From contig JAOAGT010000003.1 in NCBI GenBank assembly GCA_026415615.1, positions 103,077 through 167,076 of the forward strand: DNA of 64,000 nt. The letters are read 5' to 3'. This document shows positions 25,582-35,881 of this stretch, piece by piece. The stretch comes from Thermoleophilia bacterium. GTDB lineage: Bacteria > Actinomycetota > Thermoleophilia > RBG-16-64-13. The first letter of the stretch is position 1; every line of letters starts with the position of its first letter. Made by a program: the position numbers and the translations under genes. The notes under the pieces were generated by a model. That model had not been told where the DNA came from, ran no database searches, and was given only the letters and a program-made list of their open reading frames with translations.

Positions 25582-27123
25582 CTACTTTGCGTATTCAACC
25601 GCCCGACTTTCCCGGATGACCGTAACTCGGATGGTGCCAGGATAATCCAATTCTCGCTCGATTTCTTTGGCGATCTCCCGGCACAGAAGAGCCGCCTCGT
25701 CGTCGTCAATTTCGTCCGGTTTTACAAGCACCCGAATCTCGCGGCCAGCCTGGATGGCGTACGCTTTTTCCACACCCGGCTTGCTGTCGGCAATGCGCTC
25801 CAGAGCTTCAAGCCGCTTGATGTAGGTCTCCAGGGTCTCCCGGCGTGCACCGGGTCTTGCACTGCTTACCGCATCTCCCGCCGCCACCAAGACAGCCTCG
25901 ACCGACCGCGGCTCGATCTCGTAATGGTGAGCCTCAATGATGTGCGCCACTGCCTCCGACTCACCATAGCGGCGTGCGAGGTTGCCGCCGATCATGGCAT
26001 GGGAGCCTTCCACCTCGTGGTCTACAGCTTTGCCGAGATCGTGCAGTAGACCAGCACGTTTGGCTACCTTCGCATTCACCCCAAGCTCGTGCGCTAGCAT
26101 CCCGGCCAGGTGCGCTACCTCAAGGGAATGTTGAAGCACGTTCTGCCCAAAGCTCGTGCGGAACTTGAGCCTTCCCAACAAGCGGACAAGCTCTGGAGCA
26201 AGCCCGTGCACATTGGCTTCAAGAACCGCTTGCTCTCCCGCCTCCTCGATTTCCTTCTCCACTTCCTCCCGAGCCTTGGTGTACATCTCCTCAATTTTGG
26301 CCGGGTGGATGCGTCCGTCCGCCACGAGCTTGCAAAGGGTCAAACGGGCTATCTCCCGCCGCACAGTGTCAAATCCAGACAGCACGACTGCCTCTGGAGT
26401 GTCATCGATGATGAAGTCCACCCCGGTGAGATTCTCCAGGGTGCGCACGTTTCGCCCTTCGCGGCCTATGATGCGCCCCTTCATATCATCGGAGGGGAGC
26501 GGAACTACCGACACTGTGGTATCCGCCACATGACTGGCGGCGGTCCGCTGAATGCATACAGACAGAATGTCCTTCGCCCGGCGTTCGCCCTCGTGACGCG
26601 CCTCTTCCTCCATGGCCCTCACCATCTTGGCCATGTCATGGCGCACCTCTTCCTCTGTCTTCTTGAGGAGAAGCTCAGCCGCCTGCTCCTTGGTCATCCC
26701 GGATATCTGCTCAAGCAGACGCTGCTGCTCAGCCAGCTTGGCTTCGACCTCCTCAAGCTTCCTACGATAATGAGCTTCGCGGTCGGAAACCGACTGCTCC
26801 CGCCGAGCAAGATCCTTCTGCAGCTCGTTTAGAGCCTCTTCTCGGCTTAGGAGACGGTTTTCAAGCTGACTAAGCTCCTGCCGACGCTCCTTGAGCTCCC
26901 TTTCGGCCTGCACCCGCATTTGGTGGAGCTCTTCCTTGAGCTCCACTCTGGCCTCGCGAGCAATGGCTTCCGCTTTGCGCTTAGCGTCGTCGATAATCCT
27001 AGATGCTGCTTCCTCCGCAGAGGCGATCCTGGCCTCGGCCAAATGCTTGCGGGCAAAGAACCCGGCGACACCACAGACAATAGCGGCCGCCAGGACCACC
27101 GCAATCCACAGTCCTGTACCCAT
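25582..27123 (-). CDS. rny: Ribonuclease Y
   Basis: N-terminal TM helix ([23 protein letters not shown]), a coiled-coil region, a KH domain ([15 protein letters not shown]) and an HD domain ([12 protein letters not shown]). The start at 27123 has a GGAG RBS. The ORF-track extension to 27276 looks non-coding. Confidence 0.85.
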   Translation of the reverse strand: MGTGLWIAVVLAAAIVCGVAGFFARKHLAEARIASAEEAASRIIDDAKRKAEAIAREARVELKEELHQMRVQAERELKERRQELSQLENRLLSREEALNELQKDLARREQSVSDREAHYRRKLEEVEAKLAEQQRLLEQISGMTKEQAAELLLKKTEEEVRHDMAKMVRAMEEEARHEGERRAKDILSVCIQRTAASHVADTTVSVVPLPSDDMKGRIIGREGRNVRTLENLTGVDFIIDDTPEAVVLSGFDTVRREIARLTLCKLVADGRIHPAKIEEMYTKAREEVEKEIEEAGEQAVLEANVHGLAPELVRLLGRLKFRTSFGQNVLQHSLEVAHLAGMLAHELGVNAKVAKRAGLLHDLGKAVDHEVEGSHAMIGGNLARRYGESEAVAHIIEAHHYEIEPRSVEAVLVAAGDAVSSARPGARRETLETYIKRLEALERIADSKPGVEKAYAIQAGREIRVLVKPDEIDDDEAALLCREIAKEIERELDYPGTIRVTVIRESRAVEYAK

Positions 27124-27502
27124 ATTCTCACTGCTCCAATTACAGCTGCGACCCCGCGGCGCAGCCGTCTCCCAGTCTTGATCACTTCGCCTCGGTCTCT
27201 CTCGCTGTACACTAAAAAGCCGAGCCCAGAGCTCGGCCGTTACCCTCTTTCTCGCACCTTGCCCTTTGCGGGGCAAGACCCCCCGGCAGACAGCCTGCGT
27301 TCTATACAGGCTACCGCATCAAAAGTAGCTTCCCCTTATCTACAAGTCCTCAGCTAAGCGCTCCACCTAAAACACCTTTCTCACTGCGCGCTGAGCCAAG
27401 AACTGCAAAAACACAAGCGCAAGGTCGATCAAGAGATTGTTTCGACCGAAATACCGTGCCTCGATACTTTACTCTTTCGCGAAAGAAAGTGTCAAGCAAC
27501 AG

Positions 27503-28255
27503 CTAGCGCACGACGTGCTCTTCCGCGGGGCAATCGTCGAGGCCGACAGTGTTTTCCAGCAAGCGAATTACGCTATGCACCATGTCCCAGTCGTGCCCGC
27601 GACGCATTAGAAAGCCAGCGATGCGCCTACTCGTTTTCTCCTTGTCTTGGGCAAAGGCGCGGCCAAACCGGCGCCTCACTTCTTGTATCAGAGGCTCCGG
27701 ACACTCACCAGCAGATTCCTTCCCGGTACCACACTCCTCCGCCATGAGCTCATCCAGAATCTGGTCAGCCAGCTCGGAGCTAATCCCGCGGCGACCGAGC
27801 TCGCCGCGAATCCTTGAGATTCCATACCCTCTCTTGTATTTCTCGAGGGCATAGCGCCGCGCAAACCGTACGTCGTCTAGGTACCCGAGCGACCGGAGCC
27901 AGTCAAGAGTCTCCGCTATGACCGGTGGAGAAAACCCTGCTTGCTGCAGACGTGCTTGTAGTTCCCGGCAACTGCGTTCTCGCGTCTCAAGCAGCCTGAT
28001 AGCCCTCTCGCGCGCTCGCCTGCTTGCATCCTGGGCGATGATGGCGTCAAGCCGTGAGGCCGTAACCTTCTCCCCCACCACCAGCCCGCCTCGCGCCACC
28101 AACTCCGCGTCCAGCTCTGCCCAGATGGCCCCGTCGATGTACACCGCCACACGGCCCGCCCGTCCTTTAATGGGCTCAATGGCAGTAATGGCTCCCTCTT
28201 GTGCAGACATAATGACCCTCGCAGAGGTTGGGGATAGTCCTTCCAGGTCTGACAA
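27503..28255 (-). CDS. recX: Recombination regulator RecX
   Basis: RecX-like helical repeats (RARERAIRLLETRERSCRELQARLQQAGF...); immediately downstream of recA. The true start may be the internal MSAQEG. Confidence 0.75.
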   Translation of the reverse strand: MSDLEGLSPTSARVIMSAQEGAITAIEPIKGRAGRVAVYIDGAIWAELDAELVARGGLVVGEKVTASRLDAIIAQDASRRARERAIRLLETRERSCRELQARLQQAGFSPPVIAETLDWLRSLGYLDDVRFARRYALEKYKRGYGISRIRGELGRRGISSELADQILDELMAEECGTGKESAGECPEPLIQEVRRRFGRAFAQDKEKTSRRIAGFLMRRGHDWDMVHSVIRLLENTVGLDDCPAEEHVVR

Positions 28256-28348
28256 CCTTCCCTGGGATGAAACCTCCCCTGGGATGGGCGATAGCCAGCG
28301 TCTTGGCGCGCCTTGACGTCAGCCTTCACCGCTTAGGTGCAGGTAACC

Positions 28349-29473
28349 CTATGGACTCTCCTCGGCTCCTATCTCCTCTGCCCTACCAGTCGAAGCCCGG
28401 CCGGCAGTCGAAGGCGCCCCAGCGGCACCGCCCCCTGCAGAACTGGAGGCTGCCCCAGCCGACGCAGAAGCTTCCGCGCTGGAAAACCACTCGGGGTTAA
28501 CCACCCTTATAACCTCTTGCCTCAGTCGCTCCACCAGCTCGGGATTGTCTCTCAGAAACTGGCGCACGTTCTCGCGGCCTTGGCCCAAACGCAAATCCCC
28601 ATACGAAAACCAAGATCCACTCTTCTGCACGATCTTGTGTTCAACGGCCAGGTCGAGCACATCGCCTTCAGCGGAGATTCCCGTGCCGTACATAATGTCA
28701 AATTCAGCTTCTTTAAAGGGAGGCGCCACCTTGTTCTTGACCACCCGCACACGAACCCGGTTGCCTACCGCTTCGTTCCCTTCCTTAAGCGTCTCTAGGC
28801 GTCTTATATCAAGCCGCACCGAAGCATAGAACTTAAGTGCACGCCCACCCGGTGTGACCTCGGGGTTGCCAAACATCACCCCAACTTTCTCCCGCAGCTG
28901 GTTGATGAATACCGCTGCGGTCTGCGTCTTGCTGATTGTGCCCGCAAGCTTGCGAAGAGCCTGGCTCATCAGACGAGCCTGAAGTCCGACATGAGAGTCG
29001 CCCATCTCACCCTCAAGTTCGGCTCGGGGTGTAAGCGCAGCTACTGAGTCGATAACAACTATGTCCAGTGCGCCGCTTCTTATTAGCAGCTCCGTAATCT
29101 CAAGCGCCTGCTCTCCGTTATCCGGCTGTGAAACCAGAAGCTCATCAACATTTACCCCAATTTTGCGGGCGTACCCAGGGTCAAGAGCGTGTTCCGCGTC
29201 AATGAACGCCGCCCTTCCACCTGTCTTTTGCGCCTCGGCGATCATGTGAAGGGCCAACGTGGTCTTACCACTCGATTCGGGACCAAATATCTCGATCACC
29301 CGTCCACGCGGAATACCCCCTACGCCCAAAGCCAGGTCCAAACTGAGCGAACCAGTCGAGATGGTCGACACACGCACAGCGGCCGACTCATCCCCCAACC
29401 GCATAATCGAGCCCTTGCCATACTGCCGCTCAATCTGCAGAACAGCCATCTCTAGGGCCTTATCTTTTTCCAC
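28349..29473 (-). CDS. recA: Recombinase RecA
   Basis: Canonical RecA: [16 protein letters not shown] and the L1/L2 loop regions. Confidence 0.95.
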   Translation of the reverse strand: MEKDKALEMAVLQIERQYGKGSIMRLGDESAAVRVSTISTGSLSLDLALGVGGIPRGRVIEIFGPESSGKTTLALHMIAEAQKTGGRAAFIDAEHALDPGYARKIGVNVDELLVSQPDNGEQALEITELLIRSGALDIVVIDSVAALTPRAELEGEMGDSHVGLQARLMSQALRKLAGTISKTQTAAVFINQLREKVGVMFGNPEVTPGGRALKFYASVRLDIRRLETLKEGNEAVGNRVRVRVVKNKVAPPFKEAEFDIMYGTGISAEGDVLDLAVEHKIVQKSGSWFSYGDLRLGQGRENVRQFLRDNPELVERLRQEVIRVVNPEWFSSAEASASAGAASSSAGGGAAGAPSTAGRASTGRAEEIGAEESP

Positions 29474-29486
29474 CGCTCCTCCTAAC

Positions 29487-30065
29487 TTACTGCGCCGCCC
29501 CCATCAAAGGCACCCGCTCAACTACCGTATACACAGCCCCGTCTCGGCGCAACTCGCTTCGAAACAGACATACTGACTGTACCGCAAATACTTGCTGGCC
29601 GGAGTCGGACTTTGGTTTGACCATACCAGGAACTTTAAGCCTGGCTATCGTCAAATGTGGCTTAAACGGCCTTTTCTCTCTCTTCATTACCCCGGCCTTT
29701 TCGAGGCCCGACATCACTCGCTCAAACAATTCTACAAAAATCTTGTGCGGGTCACTGATTCCCAAAGCTACTACACGCGCCCTAGCCGAGCTGGGAAAGT
29801 ACAGGAATCCCCCCAGGTCAGCAGTCCCTCCCATGTCCTGAGGCACACTGCGGACCACCTCCCGCGCTGCAAGCGCCTTTTGGGGACCAACCTCACCGAT
29901 AAAAGCCAAAGTTACGTGAAACTGATCCTCGCGCATGAGTCTAAGGCCACTCATCGGGGGAAGAAGAGCCTGCGCAGTCCGCACAAATGAGAACAGCTCC
30001 TCCGGCACAGGCACAGCCACAAATAAGCGCTCGAGCGCCACGCCTCCCAACTCGTCTGTTACCAC
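29487..30065 (-). CDS. thpR: RNA 2',3'-cyclic phosphodiesterase (2'-5' RNA ligase LigT/ThpR family)
   Basis: Two H-x-T/S-x motifs (HVTLAF; HLTIAR); about 190 aa. Confidence 0.7.
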   Translation of the reverse strand: MVTDELGGVALERLFVAVPVPEELFSFVRTAQALLPPMSGLRLMREDQFHVTLAFIGEVGPQKALAAREVVRSVPQDMGGTADLGGFLYFPSSARARVVALGISDPHKIFVELFERVMSGLEKAGVMKREKRPFKPHLTIARLKVPGMVKPKSDSGQQVFAVQSVCLFRSELRRDGAVYTVVERVPLMGAAQ

Positions 30066-30166
30066 CGCGCCCCTCCTGGTGCCTTCCTAACGGCTTTGAG
30101 ACCCTCCATCTTCGGCTGCCCGCTCGTCTGCCGACGTTCGGCGTGAGCAGTTCGTGGAGTAAAGTC

Positions 30167-30805
30167 TTACTTAAGTTTCTCTACCCGCACTGCCTCGGAA
30201 AAACGTCCACGAAGCTTGGGCCACGCTCTCACAAAATAGTCAACACCGCTCACTACAGTAAGCACTAACATGAGAAGCACCACATACCAACTAATGCGCT
30301 GCCCTCCGACTGTCCAGTCCGGCTTTAGCCAATGTGGCTCCACGATCAGACAAGCAATTGCCAGAATCTGACTTGCCGTCTTAGTCTTGCCCCAACGGCT
30401 TGCCGAAATCACTTGGTTCTGAGCGGCCGCTATCATCCTAAGCCCCGATACCGCCAACTCCCTCGCGATCACCACCATAGCAACCCACGCGGACAGCTTT
30501 CCCAACTGGACGAGGCTCACAAGAGCCGCTGTCACCAACAACTTGTCAGCCAATGGGTCAAGAAAAGCTCCCACCATACTCGTCTGCCGCCACCGCCGAG
30601 CCAAGAAGCCGTCCACAAAGTCGCTGGCCGCGGCAGCGAGAAAAACTACCAGGGCCACTACGTCGCTTCCTCTAATGTGCACGAGTAGAAAAACCATGAG
30701 CAGAGGCACCATCGCTACTCGAAACAAAGTGATGGCGTTGGGCAGGTTAGGATGCACTACACGTAGCCACCAGGTCATATCCTGCCACCTCCTCCACCCA
30801 GGCAT
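30167..30805 (-). CDS. pgsA: CDP-diacylglycerol--glycerol-3-phosphate 3-phosphatidyltransferase
   Basis: CDP-alcohol phosphatidyltransferase motif DFVDGFLAR...GAFLDPLADK. The start is likely internal (MTWWL/MVPL), given the overlap with rimO. Confidence 0.8.
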   Translation of the reverse strand: MPGWRRWQDMTWWLRVVHPNLPNAITLFRVAMVPLLMVFLLVHIRGSDVVALVVFLAAAASDFVDGFLARRWRQTSMVGAFLDPLADKLLVTAALVSLVQLGKLSAWVAMVVIARELAVSGLRMIAAAQNQVISASRWGKTKTASQILAIACLIVEPHWLKPDWTVGGQRISWYVVLLMLVLTVVSGVDYFVRAWPKLRGRFSEAVRVEKLK

Positions 30806-32102
30806 CTACAACATCCCCCACTTGCACGCCCCTCTTGGCAGCACCTTCAAGATAAGTCACTCCGTCAATCTCGGGAGCCTGCCCCATAGTACGACCAATA
30901 GCCCAAACCCCCTCCGGTAAGTCCGGGCCGGAAGTCACATCAAGCATGACCGACACTCGAGTGCCCACCAGCTGCAAACGGCGACGCAAGCTGCTTTCCT
31001 CCAAGACAGCTGTGAGCTGGTTGAGCCTTCTTATGGCTATGGTTCGTTTTACTCGTGGTCTAAGCTTGGCAGCTGCTGTGCCTTCTTCTGGACTGTAAAC
31101 AAACCCTCCCGCGTAATCAAATTGAGCCTGCGTCACGAATGCAAGCAGCTCTTCGAAATGCTCTTCGGTCTCTCCAGGGAACCCGACAATGAACGTAGAG
31201 CGAAAAACGGCATCCGGCGCTATCTTCTTTATCTCCTGGAGCAGTGCCAAGTTCTTCGCCCCGCTCCCCGGACGCCCCATTGCCTCGAGAATCTGGGGGT
31301 GAGAGTGCTGAAAAGGAAGATCAAAATAGCGACACCACTTCGGCTCTGCAACAAGACGCTCAACCAGCGAAAGACTCACCTGCTCCGGTTGTAGGTACAT
31401 CGTTCTTATCCAGGTTGTGCGCTCATCCCTCGCAAGCAAACGAACCAAGTCCGCCAAATCCAGGTTACCATCGCGCCATATAGCGGTGTTCTGGCCCACT
31501 AGTATGAGTTCACGCGCACCCTCGGCAAGACAAGCGTCTGCTTCAGCCAGTATCGCCTCTGCAGGCAGGGCCTTATATGGCCCCTTGATCAGAGGTATGG
31601 CGCAGAACGTGCAAGGTTCATCGCAACCGTCTGAGATCTTAAGATATGCGTATGACCGACCGAGTCGAAGATCGTGTCTCGCGGCAATATCCTCTGTAGC
31701 GCTCGGTTCTTCACCCTGTGTCAGCCCTTCTTCGCCTACACCTAGAGCGGCAAGCAATTCGGTCAAACTGACTTGATCAAGAAGACCAAACCAAGCAGAA
31801 ACCTCGGGAATCTCCTTTTCGAGTTCACTTCTGTAACGCTGCACCAAACACCCTGCCACAACAACCTTCTTCCCAGGGTAATCCATGGCAGCATCAAGGA
31901 TCGCAGCAATCGACTCTTCTTTGGCATCCCTGATGAACCCGCAGGTGTTAATGAAGATGTGAGTCGCGTTCTCCGGATCTTCTACTACCTGGACGCCTGC
32001 TCTCGCCAATGTCCGACGCAAACGCCACGAATCCGCTTCGTTCTTGGGACATCCCAAGGTACACATATAGACCCTGGAAACGGAGGTAGAAGGCACGATC
32101 AT
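30747..32102 (-). CDS. rimO: Ribosomal protein S12 methylthiotransferase
   Basis: MCTLGCPKNEADS...INTCGFI (MTTase N-terminal domain), radical-SAM CDEPCTFC, and a TRAM C-terminus. Confidence 0.85.
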   Translation of the reverse strand: MIVPSTSVSRVYMCTLGCPKNEADSWRLRRTLARAGVQVVEDPENATHIFINTCGFIRDAKEESIAAILDAAMDYPGKKVVVAGCLVQRYRSELEKEIPEVSAWFGLLDQVSLTELLAALGVGEEGLTQGEEPSATEDIAARHDLRLGRSYAYLKISDGCDEPCTFCAIPLIKGPYKALPAEAILAEADACLAEGARELILVGQNTAIWRDGNLDLADLVRLLARDERTTWIRTMYLQPEQVSLSLVERLVAEPKWCRYFDLPFQHSHPQILEAMGRPGSGAKNLALLQEIKKIAPDAVFRSTFIVGFPGETEEHFEELLAFVTQAQFDYAGGFVYSPEEGTAAAKLRPRVKRTIAIRRLNQLTAVLEESSLRRRLQLVGTRVSVMLDVTSGPDLPEGVWAIGRTMGQAPEIDGVTYLEGAAKRGVQVGDVVDAWVEEVAGYDLVATCSAS

Positions 32103-32103
32103 T

Positions 32104-32931
32104 CTACTTTGCCGGTTTTACCCCAGCTGCGGTAACAAGATAGAAATGTTCATTCTTGTCGAGCGAGAAGGGCGCACCGTTTACCATGAGCACAAGGACC
32201 GATGGCTCTCCCACATGCAGCCAGTAGCCTTTGGCGCTGTTGAAGGTCTGCTCGCCGCCAGCAGACAACGTTCCCGCGTAGAGCTCAGCCCCGTTCTCAT
32301 TGTCTTCCCGCACCACCATCCAGCAGCTCCCCTGGGTCACGTTCACGGTAAGGACCACGTTCTCACTGCTCGAGACAGGCCGCGACAGGAGTGTCGTTGT
32401 AGTTGCGGCAAGCGAAGAGCTAGTTGTCGTACCGGATCCAGGGGCAAGAGTAGTGGCCACCGTCGTGCCCGTAGCGTTCGGAAATGTGGCCTCCTCTAGG
32501 GTGGAACCCCCTTCCCTTCCTCTTCCGGAGCCCAGCCAGGCAAGGAGGACCACCGCTATCACTGCCAGCAGTCCCACCAGGAAATATCCGCGCTGGCGTT
32601 GCCTGCCAGCAGACCTAGCTTTGCGAGCCGCCGACCGAGAGGTCGGAGGTGGAACAACAGCAGCCCGCTTAGGTAGCCTGCTATCTTCTGCCTTCTCGGG
32701 CTCATAGCGCCGACGATATTCTTCTAGCAGGTCATCGGCGTTTAGTCTTAGAAAAGAAGCATATGTTCGCAAAAACGCCTTTGCGAATACCGGTCCAGGC
32801 AAGGCCTCGAAGTCTTCGTCCTCGAGTGCTTGCAAGTACCGCCCCCGAATCTTCGTGGCGTCCTCTACGTCGCGTATGGTGAGGCCCCTCTTGATGCGAG
32901 CCTCGCGGAGAGTGTCACCAATACCTGTCAC
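32104..32931 (-). CDS. rodZ: RodZ-like cytoskeleton protein (HTH_25 + DUF4115)
   Basis: N-terminal HTH (IGDTLREARIKRGLTIRDVEDATKIRGRYLQALE), then a TM segment, then a Ser/Thr-rich linker and a C-terminal beta domain. Confidence 0.55.
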   Translation of the reverse strand: MTGIGDTLREARIKRGLTIRDVEDATKIRGRYLQALEDEDFEALPGPVFAKAFLRTYASFLRLNADDLLEEYRRRYEPEKAEDSRLPKRAAVVPPPTSRSAARKARSAGRQRQRGYFLVGLLAVIAVVLLAWLGSGRGREGGSTLEEATFPNATGTTVATTLAPGSGTTTSSSLAATTTTLLSRPVSSSENVVLTVNVTQGSCWMVVREDNENGAELYAGTLSAGGEQTFNSAKGYWLHVGEPSVLVLMVNGAPFSLDKNEHFYLVTAAGVKPAK

Positions 32932-33112
32932 AAGACCGCTCTTGTCTAGCGAAAGCCCCCTGCTTGCGTGGTGCGGCTAAATCTATCACCCCTCACAACT
33001 ATAGCCAAGGAAAGCGTATGTAACCTTCTCTGCGTTCCGGGGGTATGCCGCTGTAGCCCCGTGCGATATAGCCAAGTGGATGTGGTTTTGGATCGTGGAA
33101 AACTTAATTGGC

Positions 33113-35881
33113 TTATTCGGGCTCTCTTCTTGCTGGCGACTTTTGTTCCGACTCCAGCCGAGCAACCACCTGATCCACTTCCTCAGGTAACACAAGAATC
33201 TGGCGCGGTTTACTTCCCTCCCAGGGACCAACAATACCCCGACGTTCAAGCATGTCGATCAACCGGCCTGCCCGTGTGTATCCCACACGCAAACGTCGCT
33301 GGAGCATGGAAACTGAGGCGTTGCCAGTCTCGATAACCAACCGAGCAGCTTCGGGAAGCAGATCGTCAGCGTCTGGATCGAAAAGATCCTCCTCGCGCCG
33401 CCGGTCTTCCTCTGGCCGGCGCAAAAGCTCTTCGCGGAACTCGGGTTCTGCTTGCCGCCGCCAATGCGCTACCAGAATAGCGATTTCTTCCTCAGTGATC
33501 AGCGCCCCTTGGACGCGCTGCATATGGGAAGAACCCAGGGGTTTGAAGAGCATGTCGCCTGCTCCAAGCAGGGTCTCCGCCCCGTTGGCGTCAAGAATAA
33601 CCCGCGAATCTACCTGGCTAGAAACAGCAAAAGCGATGCGCGAAGGAATATTAGCTTTGATCATGCCGGTAATCACATCGGCAGAAGGCCGCTGGGTGGC
33701 AACCACCAGATGAATGCCCACTGCTCGCGCCTTCTGGGCAATGCGAATAACATAGTCTTCCACCTCTTGAGGCGACGTCATCATCAGATCAGCAAGCTCA
33801 TCTATCACTATGAGAATGTACGGAAGCGGGCGCTCCCCTCGTCTTGCCCGGGCCTTGTTTAACTCAGGAAGACTACGTGCGTGGTCAAGCTCCATCAGCT
33901 CATAGCGGTCTTCCATTTCTTTTACCACGTTATGGAGCACCCCCGCCGCGTCTTTCATATTCGTAACCACTGGCACCAAAAGATGCGGGATGCGGTCGTA
34001 ATGGGACAGCTCCACCTTCTTGGGGTCGATCATGATCATGCGCACCTCGTCAGGTGTGGCCCGCAAGAGAATCGAGGAAACGATGCAGTTTACACACCCA
34101 CTCTTTCCCGATCCCGTGGTACCCGCGATAAGCAGGTGAGGCAGTCGGGTAAGGTCGGCGTACACCGGCTTCCCGGAGATGTCCTTACCCAACCAGAACA
34201 TGAGCGGCCCAGCCGAGCGAGGGAAGTCTTGGTAAATGTCGCCCAGGGTTACCCACCGGGCCTCCAAGTTCGGAATCTCCACCCCCACAGCAGATTTGCC
34301 TGGAATGGGGGTAAGGATCCTGATGTCCGTTGTAGCCAGAGCATAGGCCAGGTCGTCCTTTAGCGCCGAAACTTTAGCTACTTTGGTTCCTGGGGCTAGC
34401 TGAAGTTCGTAGCGAGTCACCCGCGGGCCCACAACCATGCCCACCACTCTAGCCTCCACCCCAAACTGGGCAAGCGCATTAACCAGCACGGCAGCGCGCT
34501 CGCGTTGACTGGCGCCGTCGTTGGCCGAGACCCCTGGACTCTTTTGCAGCATATATGGTTCTGGGAGCACCCATACCGGCCTGGCAGGCTTGTCCACCGC
34601 CTGAGTCAGGGTCTGTTCGAGCCCAGGTATGGCCTGTTGCTGATCCGCAACTTCCTGTGTGCTTGCTTCTTTTTCGGTGTGACCCGACAAGACACCCGCG
34701 CCATGTTCCGCTTCGACCTCGGGCTGGCCTGGGCCGCTGACACTCACGTCAGAGCCGCCGCCCGCCTCACCCGCATGCGCCAAACTCGCACCCGGTACAC
34801 CTGTGGCTAAGCTGGACTGACCCTTGCCGGCCGACAAAGAGCTCTGCCCAGAAGAAGCAAAGAGGTCCGCAAAAACCCGGGCTCCGTCTATGACTTGCGG
34901 CGCGCTTCGCAAAGCTCCCTGGGTAGATAGAGGTCGTGTCGTGCTTTCCCGAGTGCCTAACCAATCATCAAAGGCTTTAGCAGAGGGTACGTTCTCTTTG
35001 TTATCTTTGCTGCCTAACGAGAGAGCTTTTTCCTCTGCACCCCACAGTATCTCGGAGCTAGACGTATTCGCGAGGTCAAGGCCGCTCCCGGACACGTTTG
35101 TGGCCCAGGGCCAATCGTCGGGGGACTGCGCCCAAAGGTCAGCTTCGTTTGTCGGGGAAGTTCCCCGCCGAGCTGCCGCCCTGACCGTGGCAGCTGCTTG
35201 TCGAGCGCGCATGCTTATCCAAAGACCGGTGATCCCAGTAGAAAGAACAAACCCCGCTAGCAAGGCAATCCAGGATATTATCCCGACCCCGACTGTGCCC
35301 GTGAGCCCATGAACCGCGGCGTATAAAGCCTCACCCAGACCGCCGGCCCGCTTCTCAAAGAGATGCCTGACAAATAGAGCCTCCCCATGTTCTCCCACCG
35401 GCGGAGCCGCCCCCGCTACAAAGAGAAAAAGACCAAACAATAGCAAACACACTCCGGCGACACGGGAACGCCGCATCCGCACTCCAAAGACCAGCCGAGC
35501 ACTGAGAGCAAGTAGAGCTACGGGGACCAAGTAGGCCAGCCACCCGAACGCAAACACAAGTCCCGCCCTAACACCACGCCCCAGTATTCCCGCACTTTCG
35601 CTAGCGATAAGAGCAAAAAGCAGGAAGGCCGCAATCCCCAGCGAGACAAGCGCTCCTATCTCGCGGAAGTGCTGAGACCTGCCAGCTCGAACAGAGCGGG
35701 ACTTGGGGCGCGCGCCGGCGCGCTTCTTGTCCATCGGCGCCGGCGCGCGCCTGGTTCTTTCCAAACGAGCTACTTCACTCCCGCGCTCGCCAAGACTTGC
35801 CCCGCTTTGCTTTGTCGCCGCGCGGCTCTTGCTGGGTTTGGTCCGAGAAGGCATCGGCAGCCCCCTACTAGACTTCAACAA
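33113..35881 (-). CDS. ftsK: DNA translocase FtsK/SpoIIIE
   Basis: N-terminal TM domain and a long linker; motor domain with GTTGSGKSGCVNCIVSSIL and Walker B, plus a C-terminal winged helix. A more likely start is the internal MPSRTK at 35854. Confidence 0.9.
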   Translation of the reverse strand: MLKSSRGLPMPSRTKPSKSRAATKQSGASLGERGSEVARLERTRRAPAPMDKKRAGARPKSRSVRAGRSQHFREIGALVSLGIAAFLLFALIASESAGILGRGVRAGLVFAFGWLAYLVPVALLALSARLVFGVRMRRSRVAGVCLLLFGLFLFVAGAAPPVGEHGEALFVRHLFEKRAGGLGEALYAAVHGLTGTVGVGIISWIALLAGFVLSTGITGLWISMRARQAAATVRAAARRGTSPTNEADLWAQSPDDWPWATNVSGSGLDLANTSSSEILWGAEEKALSLGSKDNKENVPSAKAFDDWLGTRESTTRPLSTQGALRSAPQVIDGARVFADLFASSGQSSLSAGKGQSSLATGVPGASLAHAGEAGGGSDVSVSGPGQPEVEAEHGAGVLSGHTEKEASTQEVADQQQAIPGLEQTLTQAVDKPARPVWVLPEPYMLQKSPGVSANDGASQRERAAVLVNALAQFGVEARVVGMVVGPRVTRYELQLAPGTKVAKVSALKDDLAYALATTDIRILTPIPGKSAVGVEIPNLEARWVTLGDIYQDFPRSAGPLMFWLGKDISGKPVYADLTRLPHLLIAGTTGSGKSGCVNCIVSSILLRATPDEVRMIMIDPKKVELSHYDRIPHLLVPVVTNMKDAAGVLHNVVKEMEDRYELMELDHARSLPELNKARARRGERPLPYILIVIDELADLMMTSPQEVEDYVIRIAQKARAVGIHLVVATQRPSADVITGMIKANIPSRIAFAVSSQVDSRVILDANGAETLLGAGDMLFKPLGSSHMQRVQGALITEEEIAILVAHWRRQAEPEFREELLRRPEEDRRREEDLFDPDADDLLPEAARLVIETGNASVSMLQRRLRVGYTRAGRLIDMLERRGIVGPWEGSKPRQILVLPEEVDQVVARLESEQKSPARREPE

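Noticed and set aside
27503-29473. LexA (Cheo) box upstream of recA
   Set aside because: Only 13 nt separate recA from the upstream thpR gene, and no GAAC-N4-GTTC motif is seen there. recA appears co-transcribed with upstream genes, so no site could be claimed.
32932-33112. 10-mer TATAGCCAAG occurring twice in the rodZ-ftsK spacer
   Set aside because: The match is short and such matches are common by chance, and there is no flanking similarity.
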